Part shown: one piece after another, positions 63,175-64,000 of the stretch
Layout: each line of letters opens with the position of its first letter
Position numbering within the stretch: position 1 is the first letter of the stretch
NCBI RefSeq assembly: GCF_006345805.1
Contig: NC_043007.1
Span: forward strand, 23,808,001-23,872,000
DNA: 64,000 nucleotides
Source of the DNA: Octopus sinensis
Lineage: Eukaryota
Direction: 5' to 3'
Made by a program: the position numbers and the translations under genes
The notes under the pieces: generated by a model
Told to the model about the DNA's origin: nothing
The model's input: the letters and a program-made list of their open reading frames with translations, nothing else
Database searches by the model: none

Positions 63175-64000
63175 TTCTTTATTGCCCACAAGGAGCTAAA
63201 CATAGAGGGGACAAACATGGACAGACAAACGGATTAAGACGATTACATTTATCGACCCCGAAAGGATGAAAGGCAAAGTCGACCTCGGTGGAATTTGAAC
63301 TCAGAACGTAACGGCAGACGAAATACCTATTTCTTTACTACCCACAAGGGGCTACACACAGAGGGGACAAACAAGGACAGACACACGGATTACATCGACC
63401 CCAGTGCGTAACTGGTACTTATTTAATCGACCCCGAAAGGATGAAAGGCAAAGTCGACCTGGGCGGTATTTGAACTCAGAACGTAACGGCAGACGAAATA
63501 CCTATTTCTTTACTACCCACAAGGGGCTACACACAGAGGGGACAAACAAGGACAGACACACGGATTACATCGACCCCAGTGCGTAACTGGTACTTATTTA
63601 ATCGACCCCGAAAGGATGAAAGGCAAAGTCGACCTGGGCGGTATTTGAACTCAGAACGTAACGGCAGACGAAATACCTATTTCTTTACTACCCACAAGGG
63701 GCTACACACAGAGGGGACAAACAAGGACAGACACACGGATTAAGTCGATTACATCGACCCCAGTGCGTAACTGGTACTTATTTAATCGACCCCGAAAGGA
63801 TGAAAGGCAAAGTCGACCTGGGCGGTATTTGAACTCAGAACGTAACGGCAGACGAAATACCTATTTCTTTACTACCCACAAGGGGCTACACACAGAGGGG
63901 ACAAACAAGGACAGACACACGGATTACATCGACCCCAGTGCGTAACTGGTACTTATTTAATCGACCCCGAAAGGATGAAAGGCAAAGTCGACCTGGGCGG
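63175..64000 (-). repeat. Tandem array (>=5 units, runs off window) of family A SINE-derived unit
   Basis: Junctions at 63321, 63496, 63671 and 63855 give periods of 175, 175 and 184 bp. Units 2-5 are nearly identical. Confidence 0.92.

Noticed and set aside
63175-64000. CRISPR-like regular array
   Set aside because: Whole units are repeated with no unique spacers, they derive from a SINE, and the context is eukaryotic with no cas genes.

Overview
Eukaryotic, AT-rich, repeat-saturated DNA, most likely from a coleoid cephalopod (Octopus-type tRNA-derived SINEs, RTE LINEs, (TACA)n/(TA)n/(GATA)n microsatellites). It is not a prokaryotic locus. The first ~11.3 kb holds the 3' end of a CNOT4 (NOT4 E3 ligase) gene on the + strand: four phase-compatible coding exons, an unresolved terminal exon and a probable long 3' UTR. 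The other ~52 kb show no supportable host gene. They contain four SINE families, RTE-clade LINE relics, decayed Tc1/mariner transposons of four catalytic classes (mariner-like, DD41D, DD34E, DD37D), non-autonomous Helitrons, piggyBac-like MITEs, a GGATC-terminated MITE family with 8-bp TSDs, and local duplications. The most notable signals are ribozyme-like. One is a ~350-bp foldback at 37.2-37.5 kb carrying a minimal type-I hammerhead motif on each strand. The other is a dispersed repeat (29.4 and 60.1 kb) with full hammerhead topology but a non-canonical CUGUAGA core. Also notable are SINE concatemers with an invariant junction, a Helitron CTAG|TC head-to-tail junction, a mariner built from two 5' ends, and a templated complex rearrangement. 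Family names, catalytic activity and novelty could not be checked against databases.
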